In this document: positions 48,211 through 61,766 of the stretch, piece by piece
How the letters are laid out: each line of letters begins with the position of its first letter
Numbering within the stretch: the stretch's first letter is position 1
Origin: Amphiscolops sp. MND2022
Taxonomy: Eukaryota
Direction of reading: 5' to 3'
Assembly (NCBI GenBank): GCA_964187785.1
Contig: OZ076409.1
Coordinates: 20,152,001 to 20,216,000, forward strand
Length of the DNA: 64,000 bases
Program-made: the position numbers and the translations under genes
The notes under the pieces: model-generated
Seen by the model: only the letters and a program-made list of their open reading frames with translations
Database searches by the model: none
What the model was told of the DNA's origin: nothing

Positions 48211-51200
48211 CTGAAACGAAAACAAAAAACTTCATTCTTTGAAAACTTTTCATGATTCAGTCTTTAAGATTCGGCTATAATTAGAGGAATCAAACAAAAA
48301 CAAGATGGATGTATTTCATGTTATCAAAGAACTCTTAGCAGCAGTTATTTGTATTTTTGAATTTTTGAAATGCATTGAAATTTTAAGCTAGTAACATCTC
48401 ATGAGCGACTTGAAATTGCTTGAATTTTAAATATGTCTCCCAATAATGCTGCTCATTCTATCTTCAAAACTACCGGTAACTTTAATGTTTTGAAACTTTC
48501 ACGTATTTGTGAAAATTTTGGGTTTTTTCAACTTTGGAACAATTTTCCAAAAGTTTTTTTTGTTTTTTTTTTTAAAAACAACTTTAATTTTTTGTTTGAA
48601 GTTTTTCTCGGAACAGAGGATAGTTACAAAAGAAATAGTTTCACTTCTGGTCAAGTGATACTCTGAGCATTTTAGGCTCATTATTTCATTATTCGATTTG
48701 TTTTTAATTGCGGCGCTTTTCACTAGTAAAAAGTGCAAGACTCTTACAGTGGTTTTTTACAGTCAGTCAATCTGAAGCGTCCTTTTTAAAAAATTTTCCC
48801 GAGTTTTATACAACTTTTTGGTCTAGCTGTTAACGCATATTCATATTTTCAAGCCTGGTTCGAGTCCCGCACTAAACTAAAGTTTTTATTATTCCAAAGG
48901 TAGAGGAAAGACCTATGGCCCCCCTTCGTGTTTTTTTTCGGTACCATGAAACTTTTTTTCTGATTTTTCGAACTAAAGCCCCTCTTCAATTTTTAGCAAA
49001 CATAAAGCGTTTTGCGAGCATAGAGGAACCCTATGCAATTTTTCGAAAAAAATAGAAGGAAAAACTTTTTGAACTCTTTTTCACACACAATCATGGGAAA
49101 CTGTTTTCCGAGTCTTAAGGGTGACCTCTTTGGTTCTTTTGTGCTCTTTTGGGACTGATGAGAGTCTTCTCAATGAATACCTTCTTCACATTTAAAAAGT
49201 TTTTGCCTTGGAAAAAGCGTTTTGCGAACTTAGAGGGTCTTTTTTGACGCCGTGAGACTTTTTCCGAAAGACAAAGTTTGGATTTTTTTCAAAAATTAGG
49301 TTTTTGATGTTTCGAGTTAGGGCAAAAGCGGTTTTTGAATCTTATGGGTATCCCTTTGGGTGTTTTTGGCACTGCTAAAGTGATGAAAATTTTCCTTACT
49401 TCAGAAACTTCAAGGGGCATTGCAGATAAATTGAAACAAGTTAAAAACTAAGTAATAATCAGTAAGTTAGATATAGCTTGAACTCTTGACGATTATAATC
49501 ATGTAGAATTGAAAGATTTCACCAAGATTAAAACCGTTCGTAGAAATATCCATTTTTTGAAGAATTTGGAACTGCAATGATAAAACTGAACGTCAGGTCA
49601 AGAAATAATTGAATATTTGTTGTCATTGAAACGACCTGAGGTGTTATTTGGCTTATTTCTTTTCCCAGCATTAATCTGAGACTTGGTCCATTCATGTGTA
49701 ACCAAATTGGAAAACGTAATTTGATTGTTTCGGTTGTTAAAACAGCAAAGACGGTAATTCCTGCCCGCCTTTCATTCTCCAGACATTGTCTGGTTGCTTT
49801 AAGGAGCCAGAGAAACAACATTCAAAGCTGCAGTTCTGGCTACTGTGACATACTGGAAGAGGGTTTGCAGGTAAGGCTTGCTAACATCTGCGACCTCTTT
49901 GTTACCTGAACGGATTAATTTAGGCCACACAAAACATCAAATTCCTCAAAGACTCCTCCATTCAAAAGCAATACCTTTTCTGTTTTGAAATGGCTCCTGG
50001 TCCAACTACCACAAGGTAATTGTTCTACAACAATGATCTTAATCAGCTCTCAATCGGGAAACGTCTTTTTTCAAAAAAAAACTCTGTAGGATGTTTGCAA
50101 ATCTAGAACAAAATTAGCTGAAAACAAAACAAATTTTGCTATTCAAATATATGCTTTTCTTTCCATTACCAATTGAGCTTTTTCAACAAAAGACTTCTCG
50201 GGTGGCTATAGTTATTATTTCAGAATTCCTTCTTCGAAATTATTAATTCCCGTGCGTGTGCATTATTCGTCTTTAGGTCTCGATGGTTTTCTTGGAACTA
50301 TCAGTGAAAATTCACTGTATCCTCGCCATATAAACACAGTCTTCAAGCAAATAAAAACTAAACTATTAAGTAAGATATGACCTCGCAAACAATTCGACTT
50401 CCTCTTTGTGCTCTGTGAAATTATATTTTAGACCATGACGTTTTGAAACGCAAAATCTTGTCAACCAAAACAAGTCCTTGTGCAACAAACCCGAATAATA
50501 TCCTGTTGTTACTACAAGCCCCCGCTTAGTGGGCCGCACGAAGTACGGAACTGCCGCGAAGCGACAGTACCGGAAAAAAACTAAAATTCTGAAGGAAGAG
50601 GCGCGCGGCGACAGGAGCTCACGTGACCAAAATGAAAGCCCAATACCAGACCTTTCAAACGCACTATAGTTAGTTTCTTTTGTACGCGTAGTTGTAGAGA
50701 TATTAATGATTTAAAATTTTTTGTTCAGATTTTTACAAAATTTGCAAAAACGCCCAGATCAATTAGGGTTAACAACCCATTATAGCACCAAACGTTGGAT
50801 CAGGAATCAGTAAACAGAAATTTAATGGTCGTGAGTAGCCTCTGGATTCCTGAGAAGCAAAAGCTAAATTGAAGCAAGTGAAAAAAGTTGGTAGTTCATT
50901 TTCCTTCTTTCATGATCATGTTAGACAAACTTATAAGCTATTATATAAAATGCCGGGTACGGAACAAGTCGGCGTCTCGCTCAAGTTTCAAAAACCCAAG
51001 TTTTTTCAAATATGCAAAGAGCCATTTTGTTCAGGGCCGAAAAATATCCGAAGGATACGCATTAGACTCGAAATTCACAAAAATTTTGAAAAACCGCAGA
51101 GTGCCGAAAATTTTATAAAGGTTTTTTTACAATTATGAATAACTCTCATCAGGTCCACAGGAGCCAAAACTATCGATGAGGTCACCTTTAAGACTCTGAA

Positions 51201-51758
51201 AGTTTTTGCCCTCAGAGAAAACTTTATGAATCTATTGGACCTATTTCCAACGTATGAAATATAAACCTTTTTTCCATGATTTTTCAAAACTCTACGGAAA
51301 GTCGCATTGTGCCGAAAAACCCTCATTGCTCGCAAAACGTTTGGATCCTGCTGAACAACAAGACGACGCAACTCGGTTGAAAAAACCTCTGAAAACATGT
51401 TGCATAGTGCCAAAAACATAAGATTCCAACCTCCGTCTTCTCCCTATTTGAACGCAATTTACTTAGTGAAGTAGATACATTTTTAACACCGTTTTAAGTC
51501 TTACAGTGGCTAGTTTTATCTAAGTAAAACAGAATTTTTGACGTTATCTCCAAACTATGTTGCGTTTTGAAGAGGAGGAGGTGTAGAATCGAGAAAAGGC
51601 GCTCCCAATTGCCTCGGCACACTATCCGAATTTTTGACGTCATATCTGAATTAAATTGCTTTCGAGAAAAAAATACGCCCCGCTCAAGACTCAAAAGCGT
51701 GAAGTCTTTCAAAACTTCGAATTTTGATAGATTGAAACGGTGAGACATAAGATTGCAA

Positions 51759-52541
51759 AACAAGCCGGGAACGGCATAAATCGGCGCCATGTCTAAGGAT
51801 CAAAAATAGCTAAAGGACTTCATAGTGTCATGTATTCTTTTACAGTACCCGAAAAACCCGAAAGTAGGAACGAATTGGCGCGCCATGGGGGACGCTTTGA
51901 GATTTTTCATCCATTCTGTCGCGCAAATCATCAAAACAAGCCGGGACCGACCCAAGTCGGCGCCATATCCAAGGCTCAAAAATAGCAAAAGGTCTTCCAA
52001 GTGTCAATTTACAGTACTCGAAAATCGAAAAACCAAAAAAATGGACAGAGTGGCGCGCCGGCGCCCGCTAGCGCGAGCCCCTGGCGCGCTAAAAGGGGGG
52101 ACACTTACGAAATTGTCAACATTTTTGTCACAGTTGAAGGGGGACCCTTTGGAGAGAAAACAATTTTAGGAAAAAAATCTCACAGTGCCGAAAAATCTGA
52201 AAGGGGGGACCCTTCGGGATTTTCCAACATCCATTCTGTCGCAAAACAGCAAAAAAATTGAAGCGGGGGGAAAAATTTGGGGAAAAATTTTATTCGGAAA
52301 AAAAGTCTCATAGTGCCGAAAAAAATTAAAATGGGGACCCTTTGGTATCGCCCGGTATGGTGTGTTACGCGGGAAAACAGGAAAAACCTTTTTGAATCAG
52401 TTCGCTAGGCCAAATAGTGCAATTTGGTGCAATAATATTTTATAGAACTTTTAAGAACTATTTTGGTCAGTTCGTGTGGATTGAAAAAAAGAAAAGCCAC
52501 TATAATAGTCGCGTTTCACTTCATGAAGCGCCCACTAAAAA
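51759..52541 (-). mobile_element. Composite HINE family 1 copy with two 3' ends (51759 and ~51935)
   Basis: aacaagccggga...tcggcgccat occurs twice; gcgcccactaaaaa at the other end. Confidence 0.7.
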
Positions 52542-52619
52542 TGCTACAGAAAAGTTCGATATGAAAATTTTAGCTTTAACTAGAAACGAATCATCCACTG
52601 GTAGTCTGGTGAATAGCAA

Positions 52620-54660
52620 AACAACCAGAGCCGCAAATGCGGTAAAGGAGTCGGCTTAGGTCTTTTTCCTTCTGACGCGCTCCATTCCCAGTTATACGAA
52701 TTTATTGAAATTGCACATATAGACCAAGCTATGGTGTAGAAAATGACTGTAGAAATTTTTGTTCGAAACGTATGGACAACTTTTGTAAATATCAAAAAAG
52801 TCGAAAATGGCTGTTTTTTAGCCATTTTTGGGGTATTTTTGGCTATGTTTCTCACATCTCAGCCATACGAATTTAATGAAATTGCACATAAAGGACCATA
52901 ATATAGTGTAGAATGACTGTAGAAAATTTCGTTTGAACCGTATGGACAGTTTTTGAGAAAATCAAAAAAAAATTGAAAAATGACTGTTTTTTGGTCATTT
53001 TTGGGCTAATTTTTGGCTATGTTTCTCACATCCCAGCCATACGATTTTGATGCCATTGCACATATAGGACTCTAATATGGTGTCTGTTTTTGAGAAAATA
53101 CTTTTGCTTGAAGCTCAAAAAGTGGAGCTTCGAAAATTATATTGTGTCTACAGTTAATTCTGTTACCGTATTTCTTCGATTGCATGCGGCGGCTTCAAGT
53201 TTCGGCCGTAGTTATTTTGTGGCCTATATTCGAAGAAATACGGTAAGTTGTGGATTTTAAGATTAATTTTCAGCCCTAATGTGGCTTCTATTCGAGGGTG
53301 GTCTATATTCGGTGGCGACTTCTTTTCGAAGAAATACGGTAATATTAAGCTTGTTGCATGCACGTTGCCCCTTCTAGTAGTCGAAAATACATGCTCGCTT
53401 TTAGGAATATCCCAGATGGTCGCCTCAAAAGTGTTGTCAAGGGACTTTAGTAACCATGAACATAGCATTTTTTGCAATTTTTGAAAGTTGAAGTTTTTCG
53501 CCCTCAATTGGAAACGATTCTGGGACCTACAGTAATGATATTTTTAAAGGCAACAAAAAGCAAATCGCAAAATCGAATATCTCTAAAAAAGCAGCGATTT
53601 TTGAAAAATGATAAAGGTGAAAATTTCTTAGATTTTTATCTAGTTCACAAATATGTTTTTTGAAGGTTATGCGATGAAAATTGTAGAAGTTACGATAGGC
53701 AATTTTTTACTAAATTTAGGTTGAAATTGAAGTTTTTCTCACTTTTAGTCAACTTTTGCTTAAAATTTCAGAGAAATTTTACGGGCAATCAACTCCCCTG
53801 ATTTAATTGAAGCCCTTGATATGTTTTGATGTAGAAATCATCTTAAAATGGGAAAAATACGCTGTAAAATTAGACCTTTTCGAAAATACATGTATTAAGA
53901 TACGATTTCGCAGTTTGACAACTTACAAGCTCGTACTAAAGCAAATTAGAATAATCTCGAGAGAAAATTATATTGTCAGATTCGAAATGTTTGGGAGAAG
54001 TTTTCTGTCAAAATAATTTGGAACCAAAAAATTGTAAGCGGGTCAAAAACTCAAAAAACTAAAAAATGATGTTTTGGAAATCGCTCTCGACCAATGAAAT
54101 GAGCGCGTGAGACCTTGATTAGCCAATAAAAATTGTTTATTTGCTCCTTCCGCATGCTATGTTGCTTCTTCTAGAGTCACTACTGTAGATCAAGAAACCA
54201 CATTTGAGCCGAGTAATTCAATGAATGGTATCACAGCAGCGAAACCTCTGATAAAGATCATTCAGAACCAGAGCCGCATGTGCAGTAAAGGAGTCAGTTT
54301 AGGTCTTTTTCCTTCTGACTCGTTCGATTTCCAGTCATGCCATTTTGATGCCAATGCACACATAGGACCATAATATGGTGCAGATAGACTGTAGAAAATT
54401 TCGTTCGAATCGTATGGACAGTTTTTGAGAAAATTGAAAAAGTCCAAAAATGGTCGTTTTTTAGTCATTTTCGGGCTAATTTAGGCTATATTTCTCACAT
54501 CCCAATCATACGATTTTGATGCCATTGCGCACGCAGGATCACCTTTGGTCGTAGAAAGACTGCAAAATTTTATGGTAATCGTATGGACAGCTTTTGAGAA
54601 ATCTGAAACCTTCATTGAAAGGTTGGGAGAAAAAAAGTTGTATAAGTTGTCGAGTTTTTT
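52620..54660. repeat. Two copies (~52620-53100 and ~54265-54600) of an interspersed repeat with internal ~160-170 bp subrepeats
   Basis: Shared aaccagagccgca...aaaggagtc..taggtctttttccttctgac start and recurring cgtatggaca / tttctcacatc units. Confidence 0.7.
53166..53339. mobile_element. Tc1/mariner-pogo-like MITE
   Basis: ta|ccgtatttcttcga left end; tcgaagaaatacgg|ta right ends at both 53243 and 53339. Confidence 0.7.
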
Positions 54661-55144
54661 CCAACTCCTAAGAAGCAACTTGGGTTCTTTCAATATTGTT
54701 TTCTTGTAAAGTACGTCTCAAATATGTATTTCCGTCAATTGTCAATTTCGCTTTTCTCTAGGTGGTCATTGCGGTTGCGTTCAAAAAATTCCGGCCTCGG
54801 GGGAGGGTTCCCTGATGAGGCCGGTCATTGATCAGTAACCAGTTTTCTTATGCCAAAACGAGGGAAATATGCCTCAAATCTCAAATTTCTCAAATCTTTT
54901 CTATACGATTTGGCGTGTAGGTAGTGCATCGGAAATGATTAGGATGGGTTATAGTCTTATGTTTGGCAAAATGTTTTTTGTTGCTGATTTTTTGTCAAAT
55001 AGGGCCAAAAATGGCCTTTTTGCACATTTTCCGCTTGACAAGCTAATAGCTTGCGTTGAGTTGGTACAAGTGATACAGGTGTGGGGTTTGAATTTGTAGG
55101 CGGTCTAAGTAGCTTGCTGATGATGTTTTTCAATCTTCGCTCAC

Positions 55145-58100
55145 ATCACCCCCTACACCGGATATGCCCAATTTGTCACCTCCGGTCGCAATTTTCGACT
55201 TTTTTGGATGGAGTCAGAGCCGTTTTCCAGTGTGAAGGAATGGGTTAAGCGCGCCGACAGCTGAATACTAAAAGTAGGTTTAGGCAAAGTCTTTTCAAGA
55301 AAAAAATAATTTGAGTTTGTACATATCACACCCCCTCACCGGAAATTTGCGTCACGCCTCCTTTTTCTGTGTTGCAAAAGTGACATGTGAACATTTGACA
55401 AAGTCTGAAGCCCCTGAGCATCGTGGAACCCTACTACTTTCTAAACACCTATCCCTCGCACTACCCGAAGTGGCCGGAAGTTGCACCGGGAATGACATTA
55501 TTGGACCGGAAAAGGTCAAAAAGTGACTCTCTCTCTTGGTACAATTTTGAGGCAAAAAGCATATTTCGCTTGTTGCACTTGAAAGTGTCGTTCTTCAACA
55601 ATATTCCGAAAGGCATTTCGTAGCACATCAAGTAATCGGTAAGGTTTCGTTCAAAATACCCAAATGACCAAATTTGGCCAGTTTTGAAACGAAACCATCT
55701 TTAGCTCGAATTTAATCGGGTTTTTCCGCCATGAAAGCGCAGGACTTGCTGGTCGGATGCTGTAGATCATCAATTTTAGGACTAGCATTTTGCTTCTTAG
55801 AACATATATCTCAGAAGTCCCAATCTCTACCAGATGACCGGAAATGGGAGTAATTGCCGCCTTTGACATTTTTAGGTTAAATGGTTAAAATCGGCAAATT
55901 TTTTTCCACGACTGTTGCTGAGATTCTATCTAACCAATAAAGTGTTATCATGAAGTGCTCCCAATCTATGAGATATAAGTTTTGCTATGTTTTAGTATTA
56001 CATACGTTAATATTCGCCGGAACAAAATATTCTTAAAAATCAACCATTTTAATGTCCTACAGATTGTCCTCAAACCCGAAACAATTCAAGTTTGTAGTTT
56101 CAGTTTTCAGGCTTCCGCGACGATTTAGTTGAGATGATAGTTTTCACATTCTCCGCGAAACGTGCATTTCAATGTGTTCTTGACACATTTATTGGGCTGT
56201 TTCACATTGTAATTCAAAACTAGTTGACCAAACAATTTGGAACTATTGTAAAGTTTTTATTAAATATTAAGTTTATTATCAATGCGTTTCCGTTGAAGAC
56301 ACCATTTCGTGGTAGTTAGAGCAGGTCGAATAAGTAGCCAGTGCGATAAATCGTTTAATACAAAGCGTTTAACATTGGCTTTTTGCGAATAAAGAAGCAT
56401 GATTTGTTAGAAGTTATCACCATATCGCTACAAATCGGTTGTGATGTGACAAAAATTAAACTCCTGTTTTTATTGCTACTTCGAAATCAACGTGAAAACT
56501 TGAATCAATCTATTGAAATCCGAGGCTGAAAAAAACATTTCAAGTCGGGGTTCAACCTAATTCTATCACTCCAGACAATTTTTATGTCGTAGGATCAATA
56601 AAGTTTGTTAAACAGATAAGAACATTGAACAATTGTAATTTTAAAGCTTCCACAATACGAAGAAAAAAGTTAGATTTTCTGTTCAAAACAATGAAAATCG
56701 AGATTCTATCTAACCAATAAAATGTTGTCATGAAGTGCTCCCAATCTGGGAGATATAAATTTTGCTTTGTTTTAGTATTACATACGTGAATATTCGCCGG
56801 AACAAAATATTCTTAAAAATCAACCATTTTAATGTCCTACAGATTGTCCTCATACCCGAAACAATTCAAGTTTGTAGTTTCAGTTTTCAGGCTTCCTCGA
56901 CGATTTAGTGGAGATGATAGTTTTCACATTCTCCGCGAAACGTGCATTTCAATGTGTTCTTGACACATTTATTGGGCTGTTTCACATTGTAATTCAAAAC
57001 TAGTTGACCAAACAATTTGGAACTATTGTAAAGTTTTTTATTAAACATTAAATTTATTATCAATGCGTTTCCGTTGAAGACACCATTTCGTGGTAGTTAG
57101 AGCAGGTCGAATAAGTAGCCAGTGCGATACATCGTTTATTACAAAGCGTTTAACATTGGCTTTTTGCGAATAAAGAAGCATGATTTGATAGAAGTTATCA
57201 CCATATCGCTACAAATCGGTTGTGATGTGACAAAAATTAAACTCCTGTTTTTATTGCTACTTCGAAATCAACGTGAAAACTTGAATCAATCTATTGAAAT
57301 CCGAGGCTGAAAAAAGCATTTCAAGTCGGGGTTCAACCTAATTCTATCACTCCAGACAATTTTTATGTCGTAGGATCGATAAAGTTTGTTAAACAGATAA
57401 GAACATTGAACAATTGTAATTTTAAAGCTTCCAAAATAGGAAGAAAAAAGTTAGATTTTCTGTTCAAAACAATGAGAATCACCTGAAAAATCATCAAGCT
57501 TTCGTATCGTTCAAGGGTCTAAAATGTGAATGTTTTTTTAATATCCAAGAGTTCCTAATCAAGCATGCGTTTCAAATGTTACACGAGTAGCATCGTTTTC
57601 AAACCACATAGCTTTTCAATGTGGTTTCAAACTGGCAAAAAGAACACAGGCACAACCACCACGTTCCCAAAATTCCTGCAGATCAACCGATTTCATTGAA
57701 AATCCTAGTTGATTCTACAGGGTATATGGTGAGAATACTGTGGGATTCCGAAATTGATAACCTGATTTCTTGGGTTTCCGAGATGAATTGCAACGGAAAT
57801 CTGAAAGCAGGTCGTCTCAATAGAAAACCCGTTGCTCTGCAAACGAATGGACTGAAGAAGTCGAAATGTTACTCTGACACTTTCGATCCGAGAAAGTTTT
57901 AGTCCTAAGGTTCGAATCAGGTTGGTTTCAGATGGCTCGAAGGGTCAACTGAACCAACCTTTCAAATAACGAAAAACACCACACCTCCATTCATGCCGTG
58001 CTACCACGTATAGCGTTTGAACTTTGACAAAAATTGGAATGTTTGATTTGGTCGTCGATTGGTATTGTCGCACCAGTGTTGATATTGAATTTGGCAAAGA

Positions 58101-61100
58101 GAAATTGGAGAGTTGATTTCTGTTCTTTCCCGTTGATTGAGTCTGTTGTGTGTACAAAGTATTGTGGGAAAATAACTTGCATTTCCCCTGAACAAAACAA
58201 AGTAGTAACCTTGAGAACTTGCGGAATAAATTGAATCAGGTTTCCCTATTTGTGAGATCAGCAGTCACTCAATTATCAATTTCTGTTCAAATTTTTAAGG
58301 ACGATTAGTCTAATTTTGCTTGAATGTCTTCGATAATGCAACGATAATTTACTGATATGTCCTCGTGACAAAAAAAACTGACAGTCCAAAAACCATCTGT
58401 ATGTATTTGGGTCATCTCGTAGAAAGTCATTCTTTAACCCCCTGTGACTCAACTATAAGCTGTATGTAAAGAAACCTTTAAACCATCTAACTCTCAATCA
58501 ACGCCCGACGTCCGTGGGCAAGCCTTTTGACGACGCGCGCCAAATACAATCAAACGGCGCCACTAGATTCTGGGTTTTTTCTCAATCTACAAGTTATGTT
58601 TATTTGTAGTTTAGCTGTATATTTATATATTGAAGTAGCGTTGTTAATAAATCTGCCTGAAGTTTCTAAAATCGTGTTTCACAAACACGTCGACACTTTC
58701 AATTTCTTCGGAAAATGAGAATCTCGTGGTTATTTATTTCGATAAAAATTATTTCGTTAAATCGATTTTGGTATTGCGTTAGTTTTGAATAAACTTTTAA
58801 TTCAGAAAGTCGCCGTTCCGTGAGTTACAGGCGAATTTGTTATAATCACCCCCTACACCGGATATGCCCAATTTGTCACCTCCGGTCGCATTTTTCGACT
58901 TTTTTGGATGGAGTCAGAGCCGCTTTCCAGTGTGAAGGAATGGGTTAAGCGCGCCGACAGCTAAATACTGAAAGTAGGTTTAGGCAAAGTCTTTTCAAGA
59001 AAAAAATAATTTGAGTTCGTACCTATCACACACCCTCACCGGAAATTTGCGTCACGCCTCCTTTTTCTGTGTTGCAAAAGTGACATGTGAACATTTGACA
59101 AAGTCTGAAGCCCCTGAGCATCGTGGAACCCTACTACTTTCTAAACACCTATCCCTCGCACTACCCGAAGTGGCCGGAAGTTGCACCGGGAATGACATTA
59201 TTGGAGCGGAAAAGGTCCAAAAGTGACTCTCTCTCTCTTGGTACAATTTTGAGGCAAAAAGCATATTTCGCTTGTTTCACTTGAAAGTGTCGTTCTTAAC
59301 AATATTCCGAAAGGCAATTCGTAGTACATCAAGTAATCGGTAAGGTTTCGTCCAAAATACCCAAATGACCAAATTTGGCCAGTTTTGAAACGAAACCATC
59401 TTTATCTCGAATTTAATCGGGTTTTTCCGCCATGAAAGCGCAGTACTTGCTGGTCGGATGCTGTAGATCATCAATTTTAGGACTAGCATTTTGCTTTTTA
59501 GAACATATATCTCAGAAGTCCCAATCTCTACCAGATGACCGGAAATGGGAGTAATTGCCGCCTTTGACATTTTTAGGTTAAATGGTTAAAATCGGCAAAT
59601 TTTTTTCCACGACTGTTGCTGAGATTCTATCTAACCAATAAAATGTTGTCATGAAGTGCTCCCAATCTGGGAGATATCAATTTCGCTTTGTTTTAGTATT
59701 ACATACGTGAATATTCGCCGGAACAAAATATTCTTAAAAATCAACCATTTTAATGTCCTACAGATTGTCCTCATACCCGAAACAATTCAAGTTTGTAGTT
59801 TCAGTTTTCAGGCTTCCGCAACGATTTAGTTGAGATGATAGTTTTCACATTCTCCGCGAAACGTGCATTTCAATGTGTTCTTGACACATTTTTTGGGCTG
59901 TTTCACATTGTAATTCAAAACTAGTTGACCATACAATTTGGAACTATTGTAAAGTTTTTTATTAAATATTAAGTTTATTATCAATGCGTTTCCGTTGAAG
60001 ACACCATTTCGTGGTAGTTAGAACAGGTCGAATAAGTAGCCAGTGCGATACATCGTTTAATACAAAGCGTTTAACATCGGCTTTCTGCGAATAAAGAAGC
60101 ATGATTTGTTAGAAGTTATCACCATATCGCTACAAATCGGTTGTGATGTGACAAAAATTAAACTCCTGTTTTTATTGCTACTTCGAAATCAACGTGAAAA
60201 CTTGAATCAATCTATTGAAATCCGAGGCTGAAAAAAGCATTTCAAGTCGGGGTTCAACCTAATTCTATCACTCCAGACAATTTTTATGTCGTAGGATCGA
60301 TAAAGTTTGTTAAACAGATAAGAACATTGAACAATTGTAATTTTAAAGCTTCCAAAATAGGAAAAAAAAAGTTAGATTTTCTGTTCAAAACAATGATAAT
60401 CACCTGAAAAAACATCGGGTTTTCGTATCGTTCAAGGGTCTAAAATGTGAATGTTTTTTTAATATCCAAGAGTTCCTAATCAAGCATGCGTTTCAAATGT
60501 TACACGAGTAGCATCGTGTTCAAATCACAGAGCTTTTCAATGTGGTTTCAAATTGGCAAAAAGAACACAGGCACAACCACCACGTTCCCAAAATGCCTGC
60601 ACATCAACCGATTTCATTGAAAATCCTAGTTGATTCTACAGGGTATATGGTGAGAATACTGTGGGATTCCGAAATTGATAACCTGATTTCTTGGATTTCC
60701 GAGATGAATTGCAACGGAAATGTGAAAGCAGGTCGTCTCAATAGAACACCTGTTGCTCTGCAAACGAATGGACTGAAGTAGTCGAAATGTTTCTCTGAAA
60801 CTTTCGATCAGAGAAAGTTTGAGTCCTAAGGTTCGAATCAGGTTGGTTTCAGATGGCTCGAAGGATCAACTGAACCAACCTTTCAAATAACGAAAAACAC
60901 CACACCTCCATTCATGCCGTGCTACCACGTATAGCGTTTGAACTTGACAAAAATTGGAATGTTTGATTTGGTCGTCGATTGGTATTGTCGCACCAGTGTT
61001 GATATTGAATTTGGCAAAGAGAAATTGGAGAGTTGATTTCTGTTCTTTCCCGTTGATTGAGTCTGTTGTGTGTACAAAGTATTGTGGGAAAATAACTTGC

Positions 61101-61766
61101 ATTTCCCCTGAACAAAAAAGTAGTAACCTTGAGAACTTGCGGAATAAATTGAATCAGGTTTCCCTATTTGTGAGATCAGCAGTCACTCAATTACCTATTT
61201 CTGTTCAAATTTTTGAGGACGATTAGTCTAATTTTGCTTGAATGTCTTCGATAATGCAACGATAATTTACTGATATGTCCTCGTGACAATAAAAAACAGA
61301 CAGTCCAAAAACAATCTGTATGTATTTGGGTCATCTCGTAGAAAGTCATTCTTTAACCCCCTGTGACTCAACTATAAGCTGTATGTAAAGAAACCTTTAA
61401 ACCATCTAACTCTCAATCAACGCCCGACGTCCGTGGGCAAGCCTTTTGACGACGCGCGCCAAATACAATCAAACGGCGCGACCACATTCTGGGTTTTTTC
61501 TCAATCTACAAGTTATGTTTATTTGTAGTTTAGCTGTATATTTATATATTCAAGTAGCGTTGTTAATAAATCTGCCTGAAATTTCTAAAATCATGTTTCA
61601 CAGACACGTCGACACTTTCAATTTCTTCGGGAAATGAGAATCTCCTGGTTATTTATTTCGATAAAAATTATTTCGTTAATTCGGTTTTGGTATTTATTTA
61701 GTTTTGAATAAACTTTTAATTCAAAAAGTCGCCGTTCCGTGAGTTACAGGCGAATTTGTCATAATC
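55145..61766. repeat. Head-to-tail duplication of a ~2.92 kb unit; the first unit also carries an internal 780 bp duplication
   Basis: atcaccccctacaccggatatgcc at 55145 and 58845; both units end gttacaggcgaatttgtYata; gagattctatctaaccaataa at 55920, 56700 and 59621. Confidence 0.95.

Noticed and set aside
49780..49910. Possible exon (strong splice-like sites on both strands)
   Set aside because: No consistent frame or partner exon could be established.
54791..54865. Hammerhead-ribozyme-like motif (ctgatga with possible stems cctcg/cgagg, gga/tcc, ggc/gcc)
   Set aside because: Three core positions fail (AAAA instead of GAAA; GG instead of UH) and a competing hairpin ccggcctc/gaggccgg explains the region; at most a dead relic. 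An Infernal search would settle it.
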